A stretch of 64,000 nucleotides of DNA from an uncultured Chloroflexia bacterium (GCA_963819655.1 CAWFXA010000003.1:800001-864000), one strand, 5' to 3'; numbered from the stretch's first letter, positions 21,193-31,435 are shown. Numbers and translations: made by a program. The notes: a model not told the origin generated them from the letters alone.

Positions 21193-21942
21193 ATGGACCG
21201 GAACGACTGGTGGCGCCACCTCGATCCCGTCCTCACGGCACCCCTGCGCGAGACCTGGATCCCGGTCGGGTCACCCGGGTTCGCCGGGCCCGACAAGGCA
21301 CGCTGGCGTCGACTGCTCGATGAGCGATTCGCCTCGGACGGCTGGCGATTCGGTCACGTCGTCCGTGGGGCCGTCGTGCCGGTCTCCGTCGCGATCCGGG
21401 AGTACGAAGCGAGCTACCGCCGATACCTTCGCGACCGGTCTGCCCTCGTCCGCTTCCTCGCGACGGCGTGCGGCAACGTCTACGACTTCGATGTCGCCAA
21501 CGTCCACGACGACGACTACGAGCAGCCGCTTACTGAGATGAACCACTACCAGGACATCTCGGTCCGGCGGGTCATGTCCGAGCTCGTCGACGACCCGGAG
21601 TGGCCGGACATCACGGACACGCCGGTCGAAGTCGTCCCGATGCGCGACCTGGGCACCGGCGCGACCCACGAGATGCCGCGGGCCCGCGGGTTCCGCGGCG
21701 GTCATCTGCTGCAGATCCGCGACCCGCTGTCGCCCGGCTACGTACTCAACCCGGCGGTCGTGCCGGTCCACGACCCGGCCCTGATCACGAGCCTGCCGGC
21801 GCGCACCGACTGGTATCACGCCGAAGGCTGCGGCCACCTGTCGGTCGAGGCGTTCTGGCAGATGAGCAAGGTGGTGGAGGTCCGACTCGACCGTTTCCTC
21901 GAGCTGGGTGATGCGCGGGTCGAGCCATTGGCCGGCCTGTGA
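21193..21942 (+). CDS. hypothetical protein
   Basis: 249-aa ORF with natural composition and codon use; GTGA overlap with the downstream kinase. Confidence 0.75.
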   Translation: MDRNDWWRHLDPVLTAPLRETWIPVGSPGFAGPDKARWRRLLDERFASDGWRFGHVVRGAVVPVSVAIREYEASYRRYLRDRSALVRFLATACGNVYDFDVANVHDDDYEQPLTEMNHYQDISVRRVMSELVDDPEWPDITDTPVEVVPMRDLGTGATHEMPRARGFRGGHLLQIRDPLSPGYVLNPAVVPVHDPALITSLPARTDWYHAEGCGHLSVEAFWQMSKVVEVRLDRFLELGDARVEPLAGL

Positions 21943-22865
21943 CGTCGGAGGACCCCGCGGCGTCGGAGACGCTGCTGCTCGGCGCCCTGAGCCTCGATCG
22001 TTATCTGCCCGACGGCCCGGTGCTGCCCGGCGGCGGCGCGCTCAACGTCGCGTGGCACTGGCGGTCGTTGGGGCTGCCGTTCACGTTGATCACTCGCGTC
22101 GGCGACCGCGAGGCCGCGCTCTTCCTCGACATGCTCGAGCGGCACGGAGTCGACCACGTGCCAGGGTCGATCGTGGCGGCCGGCCCGTCGGCATCGATCG
22201 ACATCGAGTTCCTGCCTGATCGCCAGCCGTGGATGGACAACTACGTCCAAGGCGTCTGCGGCGACCTGCGGTTCACACCCGACGAGGATGGACTCCTCGC
22301 GGGAGCGCGGCGGCTCCACGCGATCCTCGTCGAGGGCGTCATCGCTGAGCTGGAGCGGCAGGGCGGCGCGGGTCGGCTGGCGCACCTCGAGGTCGTGGCG
22401 GACTTCCTCGGGTTCCGGCATTACACCGTCGATCGGTTCGCGGACACGATGCGCTGGGTCGATCTCGCCATCGTCGGCTGGCCGGGCGACCCCGGCGACG
22501 CGACGGTGGCCGCGTTGCGGGACGTCGTCCGCGATCTCGGGAAGCGGCTCGTCGTGACGTTCGGTTCTCAAGGTGTGCTGGTCGTCGACGGGGCGGCGGG
22601 GTCCGAGCGGTCAGTGGCCGTGACGCCGTCACCCGTCGCGGGCACGACCATCGGGTGCGGCGACGCGTTCATCGCCTATCTCCTGGCGGACTGGTGGCGG
22701 AACGGCGACCTCATCGCGGCCGTGGAACAGGGCAAGGTCGGCGGGGCGCTGCCGACGGCGTGGGACAGGCCCCTGCCCGACGCCGCGTATGGCGGTCTTG
22801 AGCTGGAGGCACCCACCGGTCCGGACGTTCGCGGCGGTCGGGCAGCACGCGGCGGCTCTCGCTGA
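21939..22865 (+). CDS. PfkB-family carbohydrate kinase (fructoselysine-kinase-like)
   Basis: PGGGALNVA, VVTFGSQG, TIGCGDAF. Confidence 0.85.
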   Translation: MTSEDPAASETLLLGALSLDRYLPDGPVLPGGGALNVAWHWRSLGLPFTLITRVGDREAALFLDMLERHGVDHVPGSIVAAGPSASIDIEFLPDRQPWMDNYVQGVCGDLRFTPDEDGLLAGARRLHAILVEGVIAELERQGGAGRLAHLEVVADFLGFRHYTVDRFADTMRWVDLAIVGWPGDPGDATVAALRDVVRDLGKRLVVTFGSQGVLVVDGAAGSERSVAVTPSPVAGTTIGCGDAFIAYLLADWWRNGDLIAAVEQGKVGGALPTAWDRPLPDAAYGGLELEAPTGPDVRGGRAARGGSR

Positions 22866-22977
22866 CCATCGGTCAACGAATCCCGCCGATTGGGAAGGCA
22901 GCGCCCTAGGTCTGTCAACCCGCTGACCGTCGGTCACCGCGTGGACGGATCAGATCCGCGAAGTCGCGAGATGCTGT

Positions 22978-23237
22978 CCGTCGGTCAGCGCCACGGTGCT
23001 CCGGGGTGGTCCGCCGCGAGAAACGTTGACCGTCGGTCAGCGCCACGGTGCTCCGGGGTGGTCCGCCGCGAGAAACGTTGACCGTCGGTCAGCGCCACGG
23101 TGCTCCGGGGTGGTCCGCCGCGAGAAACGTTGACCGTCGGTCAGCGCCACGGTGCTCCGGGGTGGTCCGCCGCGAGAAACGTTGACCGTCGGTCAGCGCC
23201 ACGGTGCTCCGGGGTGGTCCGCCGCGAGAAACGTTGA
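22978..23237. repeat. tandem array of five identical 52-bp units, with degenerate copies of the core motif at ~22863 and ~22924
   Basis: Unit CCGTCGGTCAGCGCCACGGTGCTCCGGGGTGGTCCGCCGCGAGAAACGTTGA starts at 22978, 23030, 23082, 23134 and 23186. Confidence 0.97.
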
Positions 23238-23247
23238 CGGTCGGCAA

Positions 23248-23526
23248 TCAGCGGAGCCAGAAGCCGATGAAGATCAGCACGAACCCGACGATCGCGATGA
23301 TGCCGGCGATCTGGGTCTGACGGCGGAGTTCGGACATCGCGACGGATGCCCCGGTCGGGCCGGTGTCCTCGGTGCGGAGTCCGCCGCGCCAAGCCTCGTA
23401 CCGATCGACATTGGCTTGCTGCTCCCGCAGCGCCCGATAGCGCGACCACGGGCCCCTGGCCCGCGTGTAGCCGATCGCCACGAGCGCCACCCCGAGCGCC
23501 CAGAAGATGATGTTCGTGAGGGTCAT
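23248..23526 (-). CDS. small two-TM membrane protein
   Basis: 92 aa with hydrophobic N- and C-terminal helices; ATGA overlap with the gatB stop. Confidence 0.8.
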   Translation of the reverse strand: MTLTNIIFWALGVALVAIGYTRARGPWSRYRALREQQANVDRYEAWRGGLRTEDTGPTGASVAMSELRRQTQIAGIIAIVGFVLIFIGFWLR

Positions 23527-25016
23527 CCCTCCAGCCTCTCGCGGATCAGCGCCTGGACCACGGCGGCATCGGCCTGGCCGCGGGTCGCCTTCATGACCTG
23601 GCCGACCAGGAAGCCGACGGCCTGGGTCTTGCCCGCGCGGTAGTCGGCGACCGCGCCCTCGTTCGCCGCGAGCACCTCGTCGACCGCGGCGCCGACGACG
23701 TCCGTATCCGAGATCTGCCGATAGCCGCGTTTGGCGACGATGTCCGCGATCGTGGCTCCCGTCGCGGCGTGCGCCGCGAGCGCGTCCTTGGCGTTCGAGC
23801 GAGAGATCGCCCCGTCGTCGACGAGGCTGACGAGAGCGGCCAACTCGTTGGGCACGACATTGACGGGCGCCTCCGCCGAGGCCGCGTTGCGGAGCCGCAG
23901 GTACTCGCCGGTCACCCAGTTCGCGACGGACTTGGCGGCGATCGAGGGATCGGCCGCGAGACCGGCCTCGAACAGCGTCGCCGCGTCACGGTCGGCGACG
24001 AGCACGGCCGCGTCGTAGGCGCTCAGTCCGAACGTCGTCGTGAACCGGTGCCGTCGGGCCGCGGGAAGCTCGGGCAGGGCCGCTGCGATCTGCGCGAGCC
24101 ATGCCGGTTCGACGTGGAGTGGCGGCAGGTCGGGCTCGGGGAAGTAGCGGTAGTCGTCCGACGTCTCCTTCGATCGCATGTGGTAGGTCGCCCCGCGATC
24201 GTCCGACCAGCCACGCGTCTCCTGGGTGAGCGGCTCGCCGGCGTCGAGGGCCGCTGCCTGTCGCTCGATCTCGAAGGCGATGGCCCTCTCGACGGAACGG
24301 AACGAGTTCATGTTCTTGACCTCGGCCCGCGTCCCGAACTCGACTGCCCCACGCGGCCGCAGCGACACATTCGCCTCGACCCGCATCTGACCGCGCTCCA
24401 TGTCGGCGTCGGATGCGCCGATGGTCCGCAGCAGCAGCTGCAGCTCCTCGGCGTAGCGACGGCCTTGCTCGGCCGTTCGGAGGTCAGGATCTGTGACGAT
24501 CTCCATCAACGGTGCGCCCGAGCGGTTGAAGTCGACCAGGCTGACCTTCCGTCCGTCGGCGGTCGTCGCGTGCACGAGCTTGGCCGTGTCTTCCTCGAGG
24601 TGGGCGCGCGTGATCCCGATCGTGAACGGCCCGTCCGACGTCTCGATCGTCAGCCGCCCCGCCGAGGCGAGCGGGAGGTCGTACTGACTGATCTGGTAAC
24701 CCTTGGGCAGGTCCGGGTAGAAGTAGTTCTTGCGATCCCACCTGGTCGCCTCGGGCGTGGTCGCCTCGATCGCGATGCCGGTCGCGAGGACGAGCTCGAC
24801 GGCACGTCGATTGATGACCGGGAGGGCGCCGGGCAGGCCCAGGCAGACGGGGCACACGTGCGTGTTCGGGGGGGCACCGTCGTATGCCGTCGCGCACGAG
24901 CAGAACATCTTCGACTCGGTGCGCAGCTGGCAGTGCACCTCGATGCCGATGACCGCCTCGTAGCGGTCGAGGGCCGGGGTACCGATCGTGTCGCCGTGGG
25001 TGGTCTCGATGGCCAT
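23523..25016 (-). CDS. gatB: Asp-tRNA(Asn)/Glu-tRNA(Gln) amidotransferase subunit B
   Basis: IGIEVHCQL, RKNYFYPDLPKGYQISQ, HLEEDTAK, YRYFPEPDL. Confidence 0.96.
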   Translation of the reverse strand: MAIETTHGDTIGTPALDRYEAVIGIEVHCQLRTESKMFCSCATAYDGAPPNTHVCPVCLGLPGALPVINRRAVELVLATGIAIEATTPEATRWDRKNYFYPDLPKGYQISQYDLPLASAGRLTIETSDGPFTIGITRAHLEEDTAKLVHATTADGRKVSLVDFNRSGAPLMEIVTDPDLRTAEQGRRYAEELQLLLRTIGASDADMERGQMRVEANVSLRPRGAVEFGTRAEVKNMNSFRSVERAIAFEIERQAAALDAGEPLTQETRGWSDDRGATYHMRSKETSDDYRYFPEPDLPPLHVEPAWLAQIAAALPELPAARRHRFTTTFGLSAYDAAVLVADRDAATLFEAGLAADPSIAAKSVANWVTGEYLRLRNAASAEAPVNVVPNELAALVSLVDDGAISRSNAKDALAAHAATGATIADIVAKRGYRQISDTDVVGAAVDEVLAANEGAVADYRAGKTQAVGFLVGQVMKATRGQADAAVVQALIRERLEG

Positions 25017-25071
25017 TCGGAAGAGTCTCGCATACCGGGTCGGAGCGGCCCGTCCGGGGGCGCACCGACGG

Positions 25072-25495
25072 CGGGTGCTCATTCATCGCCAGAGCGTCAC
25101 TGTGAGCGACATTGTCACTGTGAGTGACACGATCGGCACAGCCGTGCACGATCGATCGCCCAGACGACGTCCAACTGCATCCTGGGCGATCGGCGCGTGC
25201 TCGTTCATCGCCGGAGCGTCACTGGGAGTGACGTTGTCACTGTGAGTGACACGATCGGCACAGCCGTGCACGATCGATCGCCCAGACGACGTCCAGCTGC
25301 ATCCTGGGCGATCGGCGCGTGCTCGTTCATCGCCGGAGCGTCACTGGGAGTGACGTTGTCACTGTGAGCGACACGATCGGCACAGCCGTGCACGATCGAT
25401 CGCCCAGACGACGGTCGACTGCATCCTGGGCGATCGGCGGGTGCTCATTCATCGCCAGAGCGTCGCTGAGGGCGACATTGTCCCTGTGAGTGACG
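25072..25495. repeat. tandem array of ~3.5 copies of a 122-bp palindrome-rich unit (array A)
   Basis: TTCATCGCC recurs at 25082, 25204, 25326 and 25448. It is the reverse complement of the array at 40120-40526. Confidence 0.95.
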
Positions 25496-25545
25496 CGACG
25501 AGCAGCGTCGCGACGACCCGCGAGGGCCGGCGCCACGACCGGGGG

Positions 25546-25773
25546 CTAGCGCCCGAACACGACCCCGGCCGCGGCGAGGAACAAGCCGTAGAGCGCGACA
25601 GCCAGCCACGCCACGCGGACGACGTCGGGACGTTCCTGGAAGGGGACAGGCTGCGTGCCACCCCTGTCGTTGGCGACGACCCCGCGACCGACGCGGCTCA
25701 CCACGGCGCGACCGGAGCCGACGATGGTCAGGATGATCCCGGACATGAAAAGGACAGCGACAGCCGGCTCCAT
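25546..25773 (-). CDS. small two-TM membrane protein between gatA and gatB
   Basis: MEPAVAVLFMSGIILTIVG...AWLAVALYGLFLAAAGVVF; AAGGGGG RBS-like sequence. Confidence 0.6.
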   Translation of the reverse strand: MEPAVAVLFMSGIILTIVGSGRAVVSRVGRGVVANDRGGTQPVPFQERPDVVRVAWLAVALYGLFLAAAGVVFGR

Positions 25774-25879
25774 GGAACCCCCTTGATGTGACGGATGTGG
25801 CGGCATGTGACGGTGCCGCGGATGAGGACAAGGACATCCTAGCGCGACCCCGAGCGGGATCCGCAGGGACCCGATGGGA

Positions 25880-27475
25880 CTACCTGTCGACCACCGCCAT
25901 GGCTCCCATCCGCTCGGCCGGCGTCGGGGTCGCGGGGTCATCGAGAGCCGCCAGGTCGGCAGGCTCGAGGCTCCGCCAGGCAGCCCCGGCGGTGATCGCC
26001 TCGTAGCCGCGAGCCAGCTCGAACAACCTGGGCTCCGACCACGGCGCGCCGATGAACTGCAACCCGACGGGCAGGCCTTCGGACAGACCGGCCGGGATCG
26101 AGATGCCCGGCAGCCCGGCCATATTCACTGGCAGCGTGCACGCGTCGGACAGGTACATCGCCACGGGATCCTCGAGTCTGGCTCCGAACCGGAAGGCGAC
26201 CGTCGGTGAGGTCGGCGCCACGAGCGCGTCGAAGCCCTGCGCCCACAGGGCATCGAAGTCGCCCTTGATCAGCGTGCGCACCTTCTGGGCCTTGAGGTAG
26301 TAGGCGTCGTAGTAGCCGGCCGACAGCGCATACGTCCCGAGCATGATCCGGCGCTTCACCTCCGGCCCGAAGCCACCGCCTCGCGTCGCCAGATAGTCAG
26401 CGAGCACGTCGCGGCCCTCGCCCAGCCGCCGCCCGTAGCGGATGCCGTCGTAGCGCGCGAGGTTCGCCGACGCTTCGGCCGGTGCCACGATGTAGTAGGT
26501 CGCGAGCCCGTACTCCGTGTGCGGCAGCGACACGTCCTCGATGATCGCGCCGGCCGCCTCGAGCGCCGCCACCGCTTCGCGGACGCGCGCCTCGACCCCG
26601 GGCTCCATGCCCGCCACGAAATACTCGCGCGGCAGACCGAGCCGCTTGCCGCGCAGGGTCGAGGCAGCCTCGTCGTCGCTCGGCCGGCAGCGCCAGCAGG
26701 GCATCCGGGACGGGCTCCGGCGATGAGGTCGAGTCGCGCTCGTCGCGGCCCGCGACCGCGTGCAACAGCGCCGCCGCGTCCCGGGCGTCGCGGGCGAACG
26801 GCCCGATCTGATCGAGGGAGCTCGCGAACGCGACGATGCCGTAGCGGCTCACGCGGCCGTAGGTCGGCTTCATCCCGACGATCCCGGTCAGCGCGGCCGG
26901 CTGCCGGATCGAGCCGCCCGTGTCGGTGCCGATCGAGAGCGGGGGCATGGAAGGCGGCAACGGCGGACGCCGAGCCACCGCTCGAGCCGCCGGGGACACG
27001 GTCGAGCGCCCACGGATTGGCGGTCGGCCCGAACGCCGAGTGCTCCGTCGACGAACCCATCGCGAATTCGTCCATGTTCGTCTTCCCGAGGATCACCGCG
27101 CCGACGGCGCGCAGCCGCTCGGTGATATGGGCGTCGTAGGGGGACCGGTACCCCTCGAGGATCCGTGAACCTGCAGTGCACTGGCCGCCCTCGACCGAGA
27201 CGAGGTCCTTCAATGCCACCGGGATGCCGAGCAACGGGTGGAGCGCGCCCAACGTGGCGCTCCCCTCGCCGCGTGCCACTGCGATGCGGCGGTCGGCCGC
27301 ATCGGCCGCCGCGAGCGCCCGGTCGCGATCCAGCGACAGCCAGGCGTGCAGGCCGCCGGTCCTGGCGCTCGGCCAGGTCCAGGTGGGCGGCCGCGAGGTC
27401 GCGCGCGGAGAAGTCGCCCGACCGCAGGCCGGCCGCCATCTGGTGGGCGCGGAGTCGCGTGAGCTCTGCCGTCAT
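25880..27475 (-). CDS. gatA: Asp-tRNA(Asn)/Glu-tRNA(Gln) amidotransferase subunit A (three frameshifts near 27355, 26940 and 26685)
   Basis: [48 protein letters not shown] and EVKRRIMLG spread over four consecutive ORFs. Confidence 0.93.
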
Positions 27476-27488
27476 CGCGGGGGCGGGC

Positions 27489-27785
27489 TCAGTCGCCGCC
27501 GAGGATCGCCGGGACGACGATCGACTCCCCGTCGTGCTCGGGGGCGTTGGCAAGGACCGCCTCGCGCGGCAGCGACGGTCGCACGACATCGTCGCGCAGG
27601 ATGTTCTCCAGCTCGATCGTCTGGGCGGTCGGGGCGATGTGGTCGGTGGGGACGGTGGCGAGGATCGCGTACTGATCGAGGATGTGGTTGAGCTGCCCCT
27701 CCAGACGCTCGAGTTCCTCGTCGGTCAGGCCGAGCCTGGCGAGATACGCGACGTGTTCGACGTCGGCGCGCGACAGGGTGGCCAT
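27489..27785 (-). CDS. gatC: amidotransferase subunit C
   Basis: MATLSRADVEHVAYLARL...LRDD...LANAP...VPAIL. Confidence 0.95.
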   Translation of the reverse strand: MATLSRADVEHVAYLARLGLTDEELERLEGQLNHILDQYAILATVPTDHIAPTAQTIELENILRDDVVRPSLPREAVLANAPEHDGESIVVPAILGGD

Positions 27786-27919
27786 GGACCCGATGATAGC
27801 CGAGCGACTTGGACCGACCGTTCCCCAGGCGGGCAAGTGTCGCCGTGCCGACAGCCAGCTGGCGCACCAAGCGAGATCGAGGGACGTCTCCCAGTCAAAC
27901 ACTCTCCCGGAGGCGACCT

Positions 27920-29158
27920 GTGCGCATCTCATCCTCGGCGCTCGCTACGACCATCACGACCAGCCTTGTCGTGGGCCTCCTCCTGGTGGCGTGCACGTCG
28001 TCCCCATCCGCGTCGCGAGCGCCGTCCACGGCAGCGACACCGGCACCGACCGGAGCGACGAGTCCGTCCGCCCCAGCGGAGTCGAGCACACCAACCGACG
28101 TCAGTCGGCCACCGACCTGGACCCCGACCCGAGCCATGAACACGTCTCGCGGTTTCCACACCGCGACGCTCCTGTCCGACGGAACGGTTCTTGTCGCCGG
28201 CGGTTCCACCGGCAGCGAGCTGGTGACGCTCGCCGAACTCTACGACCCCGACATCCGGACGTGGACGGCGACCGGACCGATGGTCCACGCACGCTACGGT
28301 CATACCGCGACCCTCCTCCAGGACGGCACGGTGCTCGTAGCTGGTGGCATCGGCGCTGGCGATGTCGATGCGTCGGAACGATCCGCGGAGCTCTACGACC
28401 CCAGGACCCGTGTCTGGACGGCGACCGGGCCGATGACGGTCAGCCGTACGCTCCATACGGCCACGCTCCTTCCAGATGGCACGGTGCTGGTGACTGGTGG
28501 CAGCGGCCGGACGACGAATGGCGCCGAGTTGGCGTCAACCGAACTGTTCGACCCGCGGACCGGTCGCTGGCAAGCCGCCAGCGATATGCTCGAAGCCCGG
28601 TACGGCCATACCGCCACACTCTTGGCGGGTGGCGTGGTGCTCGTGGCCGGCGGCGTTCCGCTCGGCGCAGAACACGTCGCCCCGGTCGGATCCAACCTCG
28701 CGACGGCCGAGCTGTACGACCCAACCAGCCGATCGTGGGCGACCACAGGGGCAATGAGTGACGGTCGTGCCAAGCACACTGCCACGCTCCTTGACGATGG
28801 CACAGTCCTTGTCACCCGGTTCGGGCCACTTGGGTCCACGCAGCGCTACGACCCGGAGACTGGATCCTGGACAGTCACGCAGGACCCGGACGTCGTCCGA
28901 TACGGGCCGACCGCGACGCTCCTGGCTGATGGACAGGTGCTGGTCGTCGGTGGCTACGGCGACGACGCCGGCAGCGGACGGGCAGCCGAGCTGTTCGATC
29001 CCGTCAGCGGGCGATGGATCGCGACCACCGACCTCGGCGTGGCCCGCGACGGGCACACGTCGACCCTGCTTACCGACGGCACCGCGCTCGTGGTCGGCGG
29101 CACGACCGGAAACGTGAAGGACTCCGCAGAGGTGTTCGATCCGGGCGAAGGCTTCTGA
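27920..29158 (+). CDS. kelch-repeat beta-propeller lipoprotein
   Basis: GGAGG then GTG start; lipobox LVAC; repeated HTATLL.DG.VLV.GG and AELYDP units. Confidence 0.88.
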   Translation: MRISSSALATTITTSLVVGLLLVACTSSPSASRAPSTAATPAPTGATSPSAPAESSTPTDVSRPPTWTPTRAMNTSRGFHTATLLSDGTVLVAGGSTGSELVTLAELYDPDIRTWTATGPMVHARYGHTATLLQDGTVLVAGGIGAGDVDASERSAELYDPRTRVWTATGPMTVSRTLHTATLLPDGTVLVTGGSGRTTNGAELASTELFDPRTGRWQAASDMLEARYGHTATLLAGGVVLVAGGVPLGAEHVAPVGSNLATAELYDPTSRSWATTGAMSDGRAKHTATLLDDGTVLVTRFGPLGSTQRYDPETGSWTVTQDPDVVRYGPTATLLADGQVLVVGGYGDDAGSGRAAELFDPVSGRWIATTDLGVARDGHTSTLLTDGTALVVGGTTGNVKDSAEVFDPGEGF

Positions 29159-29207
29159 GATGGGGATCGTGGCCGCGGCCTTCCACACGTCATCCGGAGA
29201 GCATCCA

Positions 29208-30500
29208 ATGCGCGTTTCGTACTCGGCGATCGCGGCGTCGATCATGGCCTCGCTTCTCGTCGCGTGCACGTCGAGTCCGAACTCGAGCTCGAGCACGAAC
29301 CCGAGTCCGAGCCAGGTGGTCATCTCGACGTCGGCACCGCCCGGGCAGCTGGCGTCCCCAGCCACGTCGGCGGCGCGTTCCGCTCCTGCCGTGGAGTCCC
29401 CGGTCGCGACGCCGTCGGTGACTCCCATGCCGACCCCGGAGGTCCGGCGGGCACCGCGGTGGCTCCCTGCCGGGCATATGGCCCAGCCCCGCGGATTCGG
29501 CTCCATCGCCACGCTTTTACGCGACGGCACGGTGCTGCTAGCGGGAGGCGACCGCTCCCAGGCCCGCGACGAGATCTACGATCCGGGCGCCGGGACATGG
29601 ACGCCGACTCGAAGCATGGCCGATTGGCGCTTCGACTTCAGCGCGACACTGCTCAGGGACGGCAGGGTGCTCGTGGCAGGCGGCAGGACCGCCGCCGGCG
29701 TCGAAGAACGATTGGCCACTGCCGAGCTGTACGACCCGGTGACCGGTCGATGGACGGCCACAGGGAGCATGACCGGGGAACGCGGCGGCCACACGGCCAC
29801 GCTCCTTCCGGATGGCAGGGTGCTGGTGACCGGCGGTCATGTCTATACGAGCGACCCCGGCGGCAGACGCCCCCTGACCTCGTCCGAGCTGTACGATCCG
29901 GCGACCGGACGGTGGACCGCCACCGGGAGTCTCGTCACGGCCCGCGGCGGGCACGTCGGGACGCTATTGCCGAGCGGCAAGGTCCTCGTCGCGGGTGGCG
30001 CGTCCCTCGCTGCGAGCACGCTGGCTTCCGCCGAGCTATACGACCCAGCGAACGGGCGGTGGACGGCGACAGGAATCATGATCCATGAACGCTATGGACC
30101 GGCCATCGTTGGGTTGCCCGACGGCACCGTCCTCGTGATCGGCGGTCAGGATAGCGACACCACCGCCAAGACGGCCGAGCGGTACGACCCGGATAGCGGC
30201 CGATGGACGGCGACCGGGAGCCTGGACGAGGGTCGGCACAGCTTCTCGGCGTCCCTCATGGCTGACGGTCGAGTCCTGGTAGCGGGCGGTCGTAGCGCCG
30301 ACCGGTTCGGGATCGCGTTGGCCTCGGCCGAGCTCTACGATCCGCAGCGTGGTCGGTGGACCCCCACGGCGGGCATGGATGCCGGCCGGATCTATGCTGC
30401 GGCCACGGTGCTCGACGATGGCACGGTCCTCGTCGCCGGTGGGGCCGGCGATGGGTGGTTGACCTCAGCCGAGCGCTACGACCAGAACGGAGGGGCGTAG
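29208..30500 (+). CDS. kelch-repeat beta-propeller lipoprotein (paralog of the upstream gene)
   Basis: Lipobox LLVACTSSP shared with the upstream gene; six kelch units. Confidence 0.88.
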   Translation: MRVSYSAIAASIMASLLVACTSSPNSSSSTNPSPSQVVISTSAPPGQLASPATSAARSAPAVESPVATPSVTPMPTPEVRRAPRWLPAGHMAQPRGFGSIATLLRDGTVLLAGGDRSQARDEIYDPGAGTWTPTRSMADWRFDFSATLLRDGRVLVAGGRTAAGVEERLATAELYDPVTGRWTATGSMTGERGGHTATLLPDGRVLVTGGHVYTSDPGGRRPLTSSELYDPATGRWTATGSLVTARGGHVGTLLPSGKVLVAGGASLAASTLASAELYDPANGRWTATGIMIHERYGPAIVGLPDGTVLVIGGQDSDTTAKTAERYDPDSGRWTATGSLDEGRHSFSASLMADGRVLVAGGRSADRFGIALASAELYDPQRGRWTPTAGMDAGRIYAAATVLDDGTVLVAGGAGDGWLTSAERYDQNGGA

Positions 30501-30586
30501 GCGCAGCCGGCCAAGCCGACGCGTCGTGGGCCGTGATCCTACGATGCGGCCGTGCACGTGCATCGGCCACCCACGGAGTGGAACCT

Positions 30587-31435
30587 GTGACCTTGCCGCG
30601 TGTGCGCCCGATGCTGGCCGCCGACCTCGACCCGGCCGTGCGAGCGGTCCTTGCCGACGACTGGGGCGACCGCCGCGCGTGGTTCGAGTTCGCGCTCGCG
30701 TCGTCGAGCTGCCGGATCTTCGTCGCCGAGGACGGAGGTGGCGCGATCGTCGGGACCGGGGTCGCCACGATCAATGGGCCCGTGACGTGGGTCGGGACCA
30801 TCTGGGTCGCGCCCGAACAGCGCGGCCATGGCCTCGGCCGGGCGCTGACCCAGGCAACGATCGATGCGGGCGAGACCGCCGGCTCCCGAACTTTCGTGCT
30901 TGTAGCGACCGACCGCGGCCGGATCTTGTACGAGCGGATGGGGTTCGAGGTCCAGACCTGGTACAGGACGATGGAGGCGCCTGGTCTCCCCGGCTCGGCC
31001 GAAGCGGCCCCGATCGATCCGGGCATCCGCGCATTCCGGATCGCTGACCTCGACGCGATCGCGGCGCTCGACCGCGCGGCGACCGGCGAGGACCGACGAA
31101 GCGTCATCGCCGACCTGGCGACCCCGGACGGGACCCGCGTCCTCGAGCTCGATGGGGCCATCGGCGCGTTCGTCATCCGCGCCCCGTGGGGCGGCGGGGC
31201 CACGGTCGCGCCGCGCGTCGAGGATGCGCTTGCCGTCCTGCACGCGCGACGGGTGGCAGCCGGTCCTGGCAAGCGCGTCCGCTGCGGGATCCTCGCCGAG
31301 AACAGCGCCGGCGCCGACGCCCGCGTGTCGGACGGCTGGACGGAGGCCTGGCGGGCGCCCCGACTCATCCGCGGCGAGCCTCTGGACTGGCAGCCCGACC
31401 ACATCTGGGGCCAGTTCAATCACGCGATGGGCTAG
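30587..31435 (+). CDS. GNAT-family N-acetyltransferase (two-domain)
   Basis: VAPEQRGHGLGRAL and LVAT..GR.LYE.MGF. Confidence 0.88.
   Translation: MTLPRVRPMLAADLDPAVRAVLADDWGDRRAWFEFALASSSCRIFVAEDGGGAIVGTGVATINGPVTWVGTIWVAPEQRGHGLGRALTQATIDAGETAGSRTFVLVATDRGRILYERMGFEVQTWYRTMEAPGLPGSAEAAPIDPGIRAFRIADLDAIAALDRAATGEDRRSVIADLATPDGTRVLELDGAIGAFVIRAPWGGGATVAPRVEDALAVLHARRVAAGPGKRVRCGILAENSAGADARVSDGWTEAWRAPRLIRGEPLDWQPDHIWGQFNHAMG

Noticed and set aside
22978-23237. CRISPR array
   Set aside because: Units are identical end to end with no unique spacers, and there are no cas genes in the window.
25072-25495. CRISPR array, or repeated small peptide genes (MHGCADRV... ORFs, also at 40227-40555)
   Set aside because: No variable spacers. 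The 122-bp period is not a multiple of 3, so the ORFs are by-products of the repeat and lack an RBS.
25880-27475. gatA (and pcrA, purL, purC, purH) as pseudogenes or programmed frameshifts
   Set aside because: Core genes with intact motifs, no nonsense decay and no slippery heptamers; uniform +1 insertions indicate sequencing error.
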